Part shown: positions 1 through 10,508 of the stretch, in pieces
How positions within the stretch are numbered: position 1 is the first letter of the stretch
Layout: each line of letters opens with the position of its first letter
From: Pseudomonadota bacterium
Lineage (GTDB): Bacteria > Desulfobacterota > Desulfovibrionia > Desulfovibrionales > Desulfovibrionaceae
Direction of reading: 5' to 3'
NCBI GenBank assembly: GCA_023460395.1
Contig: JAEWQB010000002.1
Location: 11,517-43,516 of the forward strand
DNA length: 32,000 nt
Position numbers and translations under genes: made by a program
Notes under the pieces: generated by a model
Told to the model about the DNA's origin: nothing
Seen by the model: only the letters and a program-made list of their open reading frames with translations
The model's database searches: none

Positions 1-652
1 TATAGGTTCCGGTCATGGGACCGTTGAGCACGCCGGATGTGTCCGGCAACATGATGAAGGGCACACCCACCAGCGTGATAAGACGTTTGATCTCTTCCAT
101 GTCCGACGGTTCAACCCAGCCGGGAATGATATTGACCTTATGGTTCTTTTTGCCTGTGGATTCTGCCAGCACATGCACCGCGCCCTTTACCATGTTGGAA
201 AAGCCGGTAACGTGCGAACCCACATAGCTGGGGGTTGAAGCGTAGATAACCGTCTTGCCGTCCGGCACCTTGCCTTCTTTGCGGGCCTTGTCCACGATTT
301 GGGCAAGGTCGTCCCCGATGGTTTCCGAAAGGCAGGTGGTGTGCACGGCGATAATTTCCGGCTCGTACACGGTGAAGATGTTCTCTATGGCCTGCAACAG
401 GTTGGCTTGCCCGCCGAACACGGAAGCGCCTTCGGTGAACGAACTGGTGGAGGCGGAAACTGGCTCCTTGTAGTGGCGGGTAAGCGTGCTACGGTGGTAG
501 GCGCAGCAGCCTTGGGAGCCGTGGCTATGAGGCAGGCAACCGTGTATTCCCAGTCCTGCGTACATAGCGCCAATGGGCTGGCAGGTTTTAGCCGGGTTAA
601 TATTAAGCGCGGAGCGCTCCTGTATTTCCGTGGGGGTATGTCTAAGCAGCAT
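1..652 (-). CDS. nifK: Nitrogenase molybdenum-iron protein beta chain, N-terminal part; runs off left edge
   Basis: Manual minus-strand translation from ATG at 652: MLLRHTPTEIQERSALNINPAKTCQPIGAMYAGLGIHGCLPHSHGSQGCCAYHRSTLTRHYKEPVSASTSSFTEGASVFGGQANLLQAIENIFTVYEPEIIAVHTTCLSETIGDDL..., with characteristic NifK motifs (KTCQPIGA, HGSQGCCAY, TTCLSETIGDD). Absent from the ORF track, probably because it has no stop inside the window. Confidence 0.95.
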   Translation of the reverse strand, partial: MLLRHTPTEIQERSALNINPAKTCQPIGAMYAGLGIHGCLPHSHGSQGCCAYHRSTLTRHYKEPVSASTSSFTEGASVFGGQANLLQAIENIFTVYEPEIIAVHTTCLSETIGDDLAQIVDKARKEGKVPDGKTVIYASTPSYVGSHVTGFSNMVKGAVHVLAESTGKKNHKVNIIPGWVEPSDMEEIKRLITLVGVPFIMLPDTSGVLNGPMTGTY

Positions 653-670
653 ATGTGTACCCGTCCTTCC

Positions 671-2299
671 TTATTCCCAAACGTAGGTGGCCGAGAGTTC
701 CGGGTTTTCTTCCCATGGAGCCTTCATACCGGACCAGATTTTTGCGGAGACCATGCGTTGAATTTCTTTATAGAAATTGATGGCTCCCACGAATCCGGCA
801 TAGGGTCCGCCGTAGTCGTAGCTGTGCAGTTGCTTGAGCGGCACCCCCATTTTCTGGATGGAGAACTTCTCTTTGATGCCAGCGCAGAAAATGTCGGGTT
901 TGAGCAATTCTACCAGCTTGTCGGCCTCGTACTGGTTCAGGTCGTCAATGACGAGGGAGTTGGCTTCCATGTCAGGCATCATGCCTTCGTATTCCTTGAA
1001 GCCGAATCCTTCTTCCACCAGCTTTTTCAGGTCTTCTTCCGTCTTGCGGGGGCGGAACCGGGTTTCATCCGGGGTGATTTCCAGTTCCTCAATGTTCCGG
1101 CTGTCGGCGTCCACCTTGATATCGGGGATAACGTGACGTCCTTCATAGTCGTCGCGGTGTCCGAACTCATATCCCGCGGACAGCGTGCGCATGCCCATTT
1201 CGGTAAAGAGTTCCTGATAGTGGTGAGCACGGGAACCACCCACAAAGAGCATGGCGGTTTTGCCTTTGGTGAAGGGAAACACCTCGTCCTGCACGGCCTT
1301 TACGGCGGGCATTTCTTCGGCGATCACTTCTTCCACGCGGTCAATGAGCTTTTTGTCACCGAAATACTGGGCTATTTTGCGCAGTGACTTGGCGGTGGCT
1401 TCCGCCCCGATGAAGTTGATCTTGATCCACGGAATGCCGTATTTGGTTTCCATCATTTCCGCGACGTAGTTGATGGACCGGTGGCACATAACGGTGTTCA
1501 GGTCCGCCGTGTGGGCGGTGGCAAACTGCTCATACGTGGAGTTGCCGCTGAATGTGGAAACCAGCGTCATGCCGCATTTTTCAAGAATGCGTTCAATCTC
1601 AAACGCGTCGCCGCCAATGTTGTATTCACCCAGCACGTTGATTTTATACTCACCGAGCTTCGCGGTGTCGTCTTCGCCCACCACGTGTGTGAATATCTGG
1701 TTGTTGGCGATATGGTGCCCTGCGGACTGGGAAACGCCTTTATAGCCTTCGCAACTGAACGCGAAGACGTTGATGCCCAGTTTTTCTTTCAGGCGGCGTG
1801 CCACGGCGTGCACGTCGTCACCAATAAGGCCCACGGGACAGGTGGCGAAAATGGCCATGGCCTTGGGTTTGAATATTTCGTAGGCTTCAAGACAGGCTTT
1901 TTCCAGCTTCTTTTCCCCGCCGAAGATAATGTCCTCTTCCTGCATGTCAGTGGAAAAGGCATAGGGCATGAAGTTGGGGTCCGTGTCGGAAACCGGTTTG
2001 GTCTGGTTGCGGCGGGTGAGCCATGAATAGAAGCCACAGCCTATGGGACCGTGCGTAATGTTCACGATATCCCGCGTGGGGCCGAGAATAACCCCTTTGC
2101 ATCCGGCGTAGGTGCAGCCGCGCATGGTGATGATGCCCGGTATGGTGCGCACGTTGGCCATGATTTCGGTATCGGTTTCATTTCCGGTAACGTGTATCTG
2201 CTTGGCGCGTTTGCGGGCCACCTTGGGGGGATACTTCTTAAGAAGCTCCTCCTTGATCTCGGCGGCGCTTAATGCGCTTTTTTTCTTTTCAACAGCCAT
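671..2299 (-). CDS. nifD: Nitrogenase molybdenum-iron protein alpha chain
   Basis: 542 aa; motifs TYAGCKGVILGPTRDIVNITHGPIGCGFYSW, ATCPVGLIGDD, LNTVMCHRSINYVAEMMETKYGIPW, GGSRAHHY; lies between nifI2 and nifK. Confidence 0.97.
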   Translation of the reverse strand: MAVEKKKSALSAAEIKEELLKKYPPKVARKRAKQIHVTGNETDTEIMANVRTIPGIITMRGCTYAGCKGVILGPTRDIVNITHGPIGCGFYSWLTRRNQTKPVSDTDPNFMPYAFSTDMQEEDIIFGGEKKLEKACLEAYEIFKPKAMAIFATCPVGLIGDDVHAVARRLKEKLGINVFAFSCEGYKGVSQSAGHHIANNQIFTHVVGEDDTAKLGEYKINVLGEYNIGGDAFEIERILEKCGMTLVSTFSGNSTYEQFATAHTADLNTVMCHRSINYVAEMMETKYGIPWIKINFIGAEATAKSLRKIAQYFGDKKLIDRVEEVIAEEMPAVKAVQDEVFPFTKGKTAMLFVGGSRAHHYQELFTEMGMRTLSAGYEFGHRDDYEGRHVIPDIKVDADSRNIEELEITPDETRFRPRKTEEDLKKLVEEGFGFKEYEGMMPDMEANSLVIDDLNQYEADKLVELLKPDIFCAGIKEKFSIQKMGVPLKQLHSYDYGGPYAGFVGAINFYKEIQRMVSAKIWSGMKAPWEENPELSATYVWE

Positions 2300-2396
2300 A
2301 CTGTGTCCCTCTTATTCTGCTGGTCCGGCGTATGTCCCGATGGTCCAAGGTCGTCGGGTCCGGGTCGTTCCGCGGGCTTTTGCAGCGTGTGATTAG

Positions 2397-2771
2397 TTAG
2401 AGAATGGCCTTTTCGCCGGATTCTCCGGTACGCACACGCACCGCTTCGGGCACGGGGCAGACGAAGATTTTTCCGTCGCCGGGTTTGCCGGTCTTGTTGG
2501 TGGCGATAAGTGTTGCCACCACATCATTCACCTGCTCGTCAGGCACCACCACGGTGACCATGCGCTTGGGATAGAGCCGGTCTTTGTCACCCAGCAGCTC
2601 TATGGCCTCCTCATATCCCTTCTTCGCGCCCTGTAGCAGGTGCGAACTGACCAATCCCATCCCTCTGCCATACGCTTCCTGCGCGAAGAACGCGTCCACG
2701 CCGATTTCGGTCAGGGCTTTTTTCGTCCTGTTCATCATGTTGATGCGGACAATGGCCACTATCTCTTTCAT
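2397..2771 (-). CDS. nifI2: PII-family nitrogen regulatory protein NifI2
   Basis: 124 aa PII-like (MKEIVAIVRINMMNRTKKALTEIGVDAFFAQEAYGRGMG...RMVTVVVPDEQVNDVVATLIATNKTGKPGDGKIFVCPVPEAVRVRTGESG); located between nifH and nifD. Confidence 0.9.
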   Translation of the reverse strand: MKEIVAIVRINMMNRTKKALTEIGVDAFFAQEAYGRGMGLVSSHLLQGAKKGYEEAIELLGDKDRLYPKRMVTVVVPDEQVNDVVATLIATNKTGKPGDGKIFVCPVPEAVRVRTGESGEKAIL

Positions 2772-3109
2772 GCGGCGGCCTCCTGTTCTTCGTGTACCCC
2801 GGAACTGATGGTGTATACGTCTTCAACAGGCGTGATGAATATCTTGCCGTCGCCGAAAGCCCCTTTGGTGCCGGAACGGGCGGTCTTCATGATGGTTTCC
2901 ACCACGAAGTCCTTGTCCGTAGTCTTCACCACGCTGATAAGCATGGTCTTGGGAATTTCGTCGTAGGTCACTTCGCCGATTTTGATGCCGCGCTGTTTGC
3001 CGCGTCCGGCGACGGACAGCTTGGTCACGGCGGGGAATCCCGCATCCATAAGAGCTGCCAGAATTTCGTCCGACTTTTCGGGGCGCACAATGGCTCGAAC
3101 CATGATCAT
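2768..3109 (-). CDS. nifI1: PII-family nitrogen regulatory protein NifI1
   Basis: 113 aa PII-like (MIMVRAIVRPEKSDEILAALMDAGFPAVTKLSVAGRGKQRGIKIGEVTYDEIPKTMLISVV...GAFGDGKIFITPVEDVYTISSG); 4-bp overlap with nifI2. Confidence 0.9.
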   Translation of the reverse strand: MIMVRAIVRPEKSDEILAALMDAGFPAVTKLSVAGRGKQRGIKIGEVTYDEIPKTMLISVVKTTDKDFVVETIMKTARSGTKGAFGDGKIFITPVEDVYTISSGVHEEQEAAA

Positions 3110-3152
3110 TGCAATTCTCCTTAGGTGTTCGCGGCGTGTCAGTGGTGCCGGG

Positions 3153-4046
<894 letters not shown>

Positions 4047-4098
4047 CTAACAAACTGAAAATGTTATCTATGGGAGCTGTGCTCTTGTGATGTTACAA

Positions 4099-4115
4099 GG
4101 CAAGGGACGTGCCAA
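4099..4115 (-). promoter_or_regulatory. Sigma-54 (RpoN) -24/-12 promoter of the nif operon
   Basis: Minus strand TTGGCACGTCCCTTGCC, matching TGGCACG-N4-TTGC with exact GG-N10-GC spacing (GG at 4113-4112, GC at 4101-4100), about 120-130 bp upstream of nifH ATG 3983. Confidence 0.92.
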
Positions 4116-4446
4116 AAATAGAGGTGGCATCCAACTGATTGTTTTCATGATAGAAGCACGAAAAAACATCCTTTCGGGACAGTCGCGGAGGCTGTGAAAC
4201 TACATTCCTGCTAGCGACAAAAGTGTTAGCGCCTACAATTTTCGTGAGTGCGGCACATGACGGAGGTGGAAGAACGCCTTGAAAGACGGGGGAATGGAAG
4301 ATTCCCCTTCTCGCCACCACGCTGGCATCGGCATTGCAACACATACGCCGCAGGCTGTTCTGCATCCCCCGTCGTCTTCACGAAGCCGTGTTGCGGAATT
4401 CCACCGCCAACGCGTGTTGGGGAACGCACACCCGCAAGGAGCCTAC

Positions 4447-5601
4447 ATGTTGCTGGATACCACGCTACGCGAGGGTGAACAGGCGTTTGGCGTTTACATG
4501 GATATAGCCGCCAAGCGGTATATCGTGGAAACGCTGGCCCGTGCGGGCATAGAAGAACTGGAAATAGGGTATGTGGGGCAAGAGTGCTTGCCCGCACTGC
4601 TGGAACACGCTCGCCGGGTGGCACCGCACATGGCTGTTTCCGTGTGGTGCCGCTGCCGCGAGGCAGACGTCCGCGCCGCGGCGGAACTGGGGGTGCGCCG
4701 TATAAACATGGGCGTGCCCGTTTCTCACGCGCACATCACGGAACGGCTGCGCACCACGGAAGCGGCACTGCGTGACCAGTTGGCGGCTGTAATTTCGTTG
4801 GCCCGTAGTCGCGGCATTTCGTTTATTTCTCTGGGGCTGGAAGACTGCTCGCGTGCCGAAATTGATGACGCCGTGCGCATGGCGGGATTTGGTGTGGGGC
4901 TGGGAGCGGCGCGCATTCGGCTTTCCGACACGGTGGGGTTGCTCACACCCGTAAGCACCGCGCAACTGGTCACACGGTTCCGCGCATCATTGCCACGGGA
5001 AACGCGCATTGGGACGCATTTTCATAATGACTTCGGCATGGCCACGGCGAATGCCATTACCGCGTTGGTATATGGAGCGGACTGTGCGGACGTTTCCGTG
5101 CTGGGGATTGGGGAACGCGCGGGGATTGCCCGGTTGGAAGAGGTGGCTGCGGCGTGTCTGCTGCGGCTTGCGGGAGAGTCGCATTTCCGGGCATATGATC
5201 TCCCTTTGCTGCGGGCGTTGGCGGAGGATATCGCAGAACTTGCCCATGTGGTTATCCCCCGGAACCGCCCGATTCTGGGCCAAGATATTTTTGCGGTGGA
5301 AAGCGGGCTGCATACGGATGGGCTTCAGAAACAGCCCTCTTTGTTCGAGCCATTTGATCCGGCTCTGGTGGACGGACGACGTCTCGTCGGGCTGGGACGG
5401 AAATCTGGGCGTGCCGCTGTGGTGGGCGCCGCTCGTGACGCGGGATTTGAACTGGAGCAGGAGGCTGCGGATATGCTCGTGAAGCGCGTCCGCGATGTCG
5501 CCGACCGTCTGAATCGGACCTTGCATGACGAGGAATTCAGAGAGCTTTGCCACGAGTGCGCGGGTGCTTCCCCGCCTCGTTCATCAAGCGGGAATATGTA
5601 A
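4447..5601 (+). CDS. nifV: Homocitrate synthase
   Basis: MLLDTTLREGEQAFGVYMDIAAKRYIVETLARAGIEELEIGY...THFHNDFGMATANAITALVYGADCADVSVLGIGERAGIARLEE; HMGL-like family, next to the nif operon. The ORF track starts at 4279; ATG 4447 has AAGGAG upstream. Confidence 0.9.
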   Translation: MLLDTTLREGEQAFGVYMDIAAKRYIVETLARAGIEELEIGYVGQECLPALLEHARRVAPHMAVSVWCRCREADVRAAAELGVRRINMGVPVSHAHITERLRTTEAALRDQLAAVISLARSRGISFISLGLEDCSRAEIDDAVRMAGFGVGLGAARIRLSDTVGLLTPVSTAQLVTRFRASLPRETRIGTHFHNDFGMATANAITALVYGADCADVSVLGIGERAGIARLEEVAAACLLRLAGESHFRAYDLPLLRALAEDIAELAHVVIPRNRPILGQDIFAVESGLHTDGLQKQPSLFEPFDPALVDGRRLVGLGRKSGRAAVVGAARDAGFELEQEAADMLVKRVRDVADRLNRTLHDEEFRELCHECAGASPPRSSSGNM

Positions 5602-5658
5602 CTGTATGGATTATGGTGTGCGGAGGGAATATGGGGAACGGCATACCGCATCACCCTT

Positions 5659-6585
5659 TCACAAGGGGTCTTCTGCAATGAGTTTCCCCACCTTCACTAT
5701 GAGATTGCGCAACCACGTGTGCCCTGCGTCGTCTTGTGAGCGGGGATGCCATATCAGGCTGTAGGAAAATCCCTCTCCCGCTACCGGAGAGGGGAAACAA
5801 GACAGCTTGGAGTAATCCGGTAAGGCCCTGGCAAGCCTGTACGGCAAAGTCAGAATCATATCCGTATCGACCATAGCTCTTGCCGCAACGGCATAATGCG
5901 GAATGACCGCCGCGATATGCCGCTGAAGTCCTTGTTGGGATAAGAGTATGTCCACGTCCGTATAACTATGCTCCGAGGTTGAGACAATCATATGCGGCAG
6001 TGCGAGATACTCTTCCAAGGTCAACCTGCCCTTATCGGCAAGGTCACTTTGGGGACCGGCAAGGCAAATGAACCGATCTGTGTAGAGAGGCACCGTGCAT
6101 AGATTCTCATAAGCGGAATCAGGGATGCAAAACCCCATATGGATACTGCCGTTGGTCACCTGCCGGGAAATGGCGTGGTGTTCCGCCAGAGAGCATATAA
6201 TCTCCACCCCCGGCGCATTCTGCCGCACGAGCGGAAGCAGCAGAGGGAGGAAGAGGTATGCGCCATAGTCGGAAATGGCCATGTGGAACGTCCGTTTTAT
6301 AGAAGCAGGCTCCCATACCTCCGGTCCGTTTATCACTTCCTTCACAGTATACAGTGCCCTTTCGAGCGACGCTTGCAGTTCAAGCGCTTTTGCCGTGGGC
6401 TGTATGCCACGCCGGACTTGAAGAAAAAGCTCATCATTCAGGAGCCTGCGGAGCTGGGCCAGGGCGTGGCTCACCGCGGGCTGGCTCATGGAAAGCTTTT
6501 TCGCCGCTCGTGATACGCTCCGCTCAATCAACAGTTCGTGCAGTATGACGAGTAAATTGAGATTGATGTTTCTTAAAGTATGCAT
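5659..6585 (-). CDS. LysR-family transcriptional regulator
   Basis: N-terminal HTH MHTLRNINLNLLVILHELLIERSVSRAAKKLSMSQPAVSHALAQLRRLLNDELFL..., followed by a substrate-binding-like domain. Confidence 0.93.
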   Translation of the reverse strand: MHTLRNINLNLLVILHELLIERSVSRAAKKLSMSQPAVSHALAQLRRLLNDELFLQVRRGIQPTAKALELQASLERALYTVKEVINGPEVWEPASIKRTFHMAISDYGAYLFLPLLLPLVRQNAPGVEIICSLAEHHAISRQVTNGSIHMGFCIPDSAYENLCTVPLYTDRFICLAGPQSDLADKGRLTLEEYLALPHMIVSTSEHSYTDVDILLSQQGLQRHIAAVIPHYAVAARAMVDTDMILTLPYRLARALPDYSKLSCFPSPVAGEGFSYSLIWHPRSQDDAGHTWLRNLIVKVGKLIAEDPL

Positions 6586-6728
6586 TGTTTTTATACCATA
6601 TATAAAAATATGGCATTAGTCATTTATAATACGAATAGCTACCTTGCTTACGAAGAGAGCAAACCATTTCAGGCCGTGTGCCGCTAAGTCTGCGGATAAC
6701 ATGGCGGAAAAACGAGAAACGAGGGTAT

Positions 6729-7724
6729 ATGAAATTCAGGCAACTTGGAAAAACCGGCGAAAGCGTATCCGCTATCGGGCTGGGGTGCATGGGCATGTCG
6801 CATGCCTACGGAAGCAGGGACGACACCGAAAGTGTAGCCACCCTTCATAAGGCGCTGGAGTTGGGCATCAACTTTTGGGACACTGCTGACTTTTACGGCA
6901 ACGGCGATAATGAACGCCTTATCGCGAAGGTGTTGAAGGGCAACAGAGATAACGTGTTTCTCGCCACAAAATTTGGATTTCGCTATCCCGATTCGGGGAG
7001 TTTGTTCGTCAGCGTTGTGGACGGTTCGCCGCAATGGATGCGTAACGCCTTGGAGCAGAGTCTGCGACGTCTGGAAGTAGAATGCATTGACCTGTACTAC
7101 CTGCACCGTGTTGACCCTAATGTTCCGGTGGAAGAGTCGGTAGGGGCCATGGCTGACATGGTGAAGGAGGGGAAGATCCGCCATATCGGCCTTTCCGAGG
7201 CCTCTGCGGAATCTCTCAGAAGAGCGTCTTCCATACATCCCATAGCCGCTCTTGAGAGCGAGTATTCTTTGCTCACCCGCAATGTTGAAGAAGACATCTT
7301 GCCGAATTTGGCTGAGTTTGGGACGAGCTTAGTGCCGTTTTCCCCCTTGGGGCGAGGGATGTTCACCGAACATTTTGACATTACCCAAATGAAGCCCGGA
7401 GATGCCAGACTTGAGATGCCACGCTTTCAAGGCAGGCATCTCGCCAATAACAAGAAGCTGATGCGGGAACTTGACGATTTTTCGTATAGCAAAGGCATAA
7501 ACACGGTGCAACTTGCCCTTGCATGGCTGTTGTTCAAAGGGGAGAACATCATCCCAATTCCCGGAACAAAGAGGCGGAACTATTTAGAAATGAATGCGAA
7601 AGCGGTGGATGTTGATCTGAGTTTTGACGACGTTGCAGAAATCGAACAGATCATCGCAAGATATCCCGACACTGGAGAGCGATACCCGGAGTCGTCATTA
7701 AAACTGATTCAAAATGCCCCCTGA
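6729..7724 (+). CDS. Aldo/keto reductase
   Basis: [28 protein letters not shown]...[34 protein letters not shown]...[20 protein letters not shown]...[17 protein letters not shown] 6729 is the better family start; the ORF track starts at 6678. Confidence 0.93.
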   Translation: MKFRQLGKTGESVSAIGLGCMGMSHAYGSRDDTESVATLHKALELGINFWDTADFYGNGDNERLIAKVLKGNRDNVFLATKFGFRYPDSGSLFVSVVDGSPQWMRNALEQSLRRLEVECIDLYYLHRVDPNVPVEESVGAMADMVKEGKIRHIGLSEASAESLRRASSIHPIAALESEYSLLTRNVEEDILPNLAEFGTSLVPFSPLGRGMFTEHFDITQMKPGDARLEMPRFQGRHLANNKKLMRELDDFSYSKGINTVQLALAWLLFKGENIIPIPGTKRRNYLEMNAKAVDVDLSFDDVAEIEQIIARYPDTGERYPESSLKLIQNAP

Positions 7725-8017
7725 CCGGCGAGTACCAAAGCCCGCTCAGGCTGTTTGCACAGCTCACCAGTATACCGCATGCGTATGCATCTGACGCGCC
7801 CCTCTGAAGGCAGAAACGGTCTGCACCATAGGCAACTCTTCGTTGCGCCTGATGGGGAAATGCTGCCCGCTTCACCTGCGGCAACGAAACATATTGTTCT
7901 TTGCGCAACGGGGATCCTGTGCGATTGTGAGACGAGTCTTCTTTCGTTGTCGTGACGGAGGGACACAAGTAGCGCAGTCATATGACTGTGGGAAACATGA
8001 GCACAGGAGCGCCTGAA

Positions 8018-8428
8018 ATGAAACGTATACTGCTTACCGCAATTCTTTGCGGCGTGGTGTTGGTAGGGACGTCTGAAAGCAGGGCACAGCAACACGGTGG
8101 ATTTGTTGATCCTTCCGCCACGGCAGGTGTCGCGGACAGTGAAAGCGGCGGGTTTGTTGGACCGGGACCAGACGTTACTCCGGCGGGGGAAGTGCTTGGC
8201 ATGCGGGATGACGCGCAGGTTGCTCTGCGCGGGTACATTACCCGGCATCTCGGCAAGGACAAGTACCTGTTTCAAGACGATACCGGAACCGTTCGCGTGG
8301 AAATAGACAGAGACAAATGGAAGGGGCAGGTTATCACGCCTAATGACCTTGTGGATATGCAAGGCGAGGTAGATAAGGACTGGAATAGTGTGGAAGTGGA
8401 GGTCTATAGCATCTCCAAAGCGCGGTAG
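8018..8428 (+). CDS. YgiW/YdeI-type (BOF, bacterial OB-fold) periplasmic stress-tolerance family protein
   Basis: Signal peptide MKRILLTAILCGVVLVGTSESRAQQ, then LRGYITRHLGKDKYLFQDDTGTVRVEIDRDKWKGQVITPNDLVDMQGEVDKDWNSVEVEVYSISK; GGAG upstream of ATG 8018. Confidence 0.88.
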   Translation: MKRILLTAILCGVVLVGTSESRAQQHGGFVDPSATAGVADSESGGFVGPGPDVTPAGEVLGMRDDAQVALRGYITRHLGKDKYLFQDDTGTVRVEIDRDKWKGQVITPNDLVDMQGEVDKDWNSVEVEVYSISKAR

Positions 8429-8604
8429 CACAGCGCATTTGCTGGGTGTCACAGAGTGCCAATGCGCTCTTTTCCGACTTTTTGGGTAGTCTTTTCCTTT
8501 TTCTGCGGTGTCTTGTCGCTTTTCTTTTCGTGGTGCGTTAGGGTCCGCCTGCATAGAGTATAGAGCACCCGCTGCCGCAGCGACTACAGAAATCGGGAGG
8601 AGAG

Positions 8605-9117
8605 ATGGATATTGTATATACGCCCATTGGCTATTTTCGCACACCGCATGTGGATGTAAAGGGCATGCCTATTCAGCCCGTGGGTGCTGACGGCATATTT
8701 GGCTCTATCGTGGTGGAAGAACAGTTTGTGCCGGGGCTGGAAGATCTGGACGGGTTTTCCCATGTTATTGTGCTGTATCATCTGCACGAGATTCGTGGAT
8801 ATGACCTGACGGTTACGCCATTTTTAGACACTCACCCGCACGGAATTTTCGCCACACGTTCGCCCAAAAGACCAAACCCCATAGGAATTTCCGTGATGCG
8901 TCTGCACAATGTGCAGGGGAATACGGTGAATCTGGAATGCGTGGATGTGCTGGACGGGACACCGGTGATTGACATCAAACCCTACGTGCCCCGGTTTGAC
9001 GTGTGGGAAGCCGAGCGTGTGGGGTGGTTTGCGGGAAAAGCGCAAAATGCCACCCACCACCGGAGTGATGGTCGGTTTGCCGCTGAACAGCTTGCGAGTG
9101 ATCCGCACGATTCGTAG
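8605..9117 (+). CDS. trmO: tRNA (N6-threonylcarbamoyladenosine(37)-N6)-methyltransferase TrmO/TsaA-like
   Basis: MDIVYTPIGYFRTPH...LEDLDGFSHVIVLYHLHE...DTHPHGIFATRSPKRPNPIGISVMRLHNVQGN...VLDGTPVIDIKPYVPRFD, diagnostic TsaA-family motifs. Confidence 0.9.
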   Translation: MDIVYTPIGYFRTPHVDVKGMPIQPVGADGIFGSIVVEEQFVPGLEDLDGFSHVIVLYHLHEIRGYDLTVTPFLDTHPHGIFATRSPKRPNPIGISVMRLHNVQGNTVNLECVDVLDGTPVIDIKPYVPRFDVWEAERVGWFAGKAQNATHHRSDGRFAAEQLASDPHDS

Positions 9118-9289
9118 CTCCGCCGTATTGCGGAGCCATGCTTCGTGGCATTTTATCAGACGTGAAACGCGATGTGCGCCGCCCCCCGTAGAGCTTCTGC
9201 GGGGGGGCTTTGGGTGCGCTGCGGTGCGTTCGGCAGAGTTCCGTGGCAACCGGAGAGGGCATCGCCACGAAATGCCAGAAGGGCTAGGG

Positions 9290-10336
9290 CTATCCGGTGG
9301 ATTTGGCCCATTGTATGGTCCGCTCCAGCCCTTCGCCAAAGTGAACCACGGGGACGAAACCTGTGGCTGCGCGAAATCGTTCCACATTGGCCTGTGAATG
9401 GTAAATGTCTCCGGCGCGGGGTTCCGCCAGACGCACTGCGCTACCATTGCCTGTTTTTTCCGTTGTAATGCGTGCCAGTTCGGCAATGGTGATGCTAGAG
9501 CCTGTGCCCACGTTGTACACGCCGGAAAGCGGGGAGGTGCCGCCGCCGGGAGCCAGCCCCGCAGCCAGCAGATACGAGTGAACCACATCTGAAACATAAA
9601 TAAAGTCGCGGGTCTGTCCGCCATCGCCAAAAATGGTAAGCGGCTCCCCTGCCACGGCTTGGGTAATGAACTTAGAAACCACGCCGCTATAGGGACTGGA
9701 GGGGTCTTGCCGGGGGCCAAAAATATTAAAAAAGCGCAGAGAGCAGCCAAAACCGCTGTCGCGCATGAGTGCGGAGGAAAGATATTTCGCGCGACCATAT
9801 GGGCTGTTATGAAGAGTGGCGTCTGTGGCGTAGTCCTCCCGTAAAGGCAGTCGGGGGTCGTCTCCGTATTCCGCTGCGGACCCGGCGAAGGTGAACGACT
9901 GTATGCCGAGGGTCAGGGCCTCGTCATGCATTGCCTTGGTGGCGGTATAGTTGGTGGCCATAGTCAATTCCGGGTGATCCATGGAAAAGGCCACCATAAC
10001 CACGGCGGCAAGGTGGAAAACGTGGCGCAGGCTCGGTTGCACGGCATGCGCATGGGCGAGTACACCGTGATTTGTTATATCGTGTTCGATGTAGTGAAAT
10101 GCGGGATTATGGAAGGCTTCCGCAAGGTTTTCCGCTTCCGCCTTGGGGCGAATGTCCACCCCCACCACGGGGTAGCCCAGCGCGAGTAAGGCGTCGGTGA
10201 GATGGCTTCCTACGAAACCGGCGCAGCCGGTGACGAGGCAGGCGGGGCGCTCCGCCATCTTAGAAGCAAACGAACCAGCCGATGCGGAGACAGGTGCTCC
10301 AGATGAGGCCGGGGAAGATTGGCGTGACATGGACAT
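9290..10336 (-). CDS. NAD-dependent epimerase/dehydratase (SDR, UDP-glucose 4-epimerase-like)
   Basis: ACLVTGCAGFVGSHLTDALLALGYPVVGVDI...HVFHLAAVV...SPYGRAKYLSSALM...RFFNIFGPRQDPSSPYSGVVSKFI...GDGGQTRDFIYVSDVV. Likely start 10336 (AAGGAAA upstream); the track ORF extends to 10504. Confidence 0.9.
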   Translation of the reverse strand: MSMSRQSSPASSGAPVSASAGSFASKMAERPACLVTGCAGFVGSHLTDALLALGYPVVGVDIRPKAEAENLAEAFHNPAFHYIEHDITNHGVLAHAHAVQPSLRHVFHLAAVVMVAFSMDHPELTMATNYTATKAMHDEALTLGIQSFTFAGSAAEYGDDPRLPLREDYATDATLHNSPYGRAKYLSSALMRDSGFGCSLRFFNIFGPRQDPSSPYSGVVSKFITQAVAGEPLTIFGDGGQTRDFIYVSDVVHSYLLAAGLAPGGGTSPLSGVYNVGTGSSITIAELARITTEKTGNGSAVRLAEPRAGDIYHSQANVERFRAATGFVPVVHFGEGLERTIQWAKSTG

Positions 10337-10427
10337 GGGGATTTCCTTTATACGTAGTGATTGGATCACTATAGCAGACAAGAGCGCTTGCGTGCAAGGA
10401 GGTGCGGGGGAGGGGGCGCTGTCCGGG

Positions 10428-10467
10428 AAAATAAAAGGGGGCGCGGATTCCTGTGGATCCACGCCCC
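10428..10467 (-). terminator. Rho-independent terminator downstream of proC
   Basis: Minus strand GGGGCGtGGATccacaggaATCCgCGCCCCCTTTTATTTT: strong GC stem followed by a T-rich tail. Confidence 0.8.
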
Positions 10468-10508
10468 GGCACATATGTATACCCCCCGTCACTTGGGTAA
10501 GCAATGTG

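Noticed and set aside
299-1387. 362-aa plus-strand ORF
   Set aside because: Antisense to nifD/nifK, which have unambiguous homology; a shadow ORF.
5602-5658. Looked for a terminator between convergent nifV and the LysR gene
   Set aside because: No convincing stem with T-tract seen.
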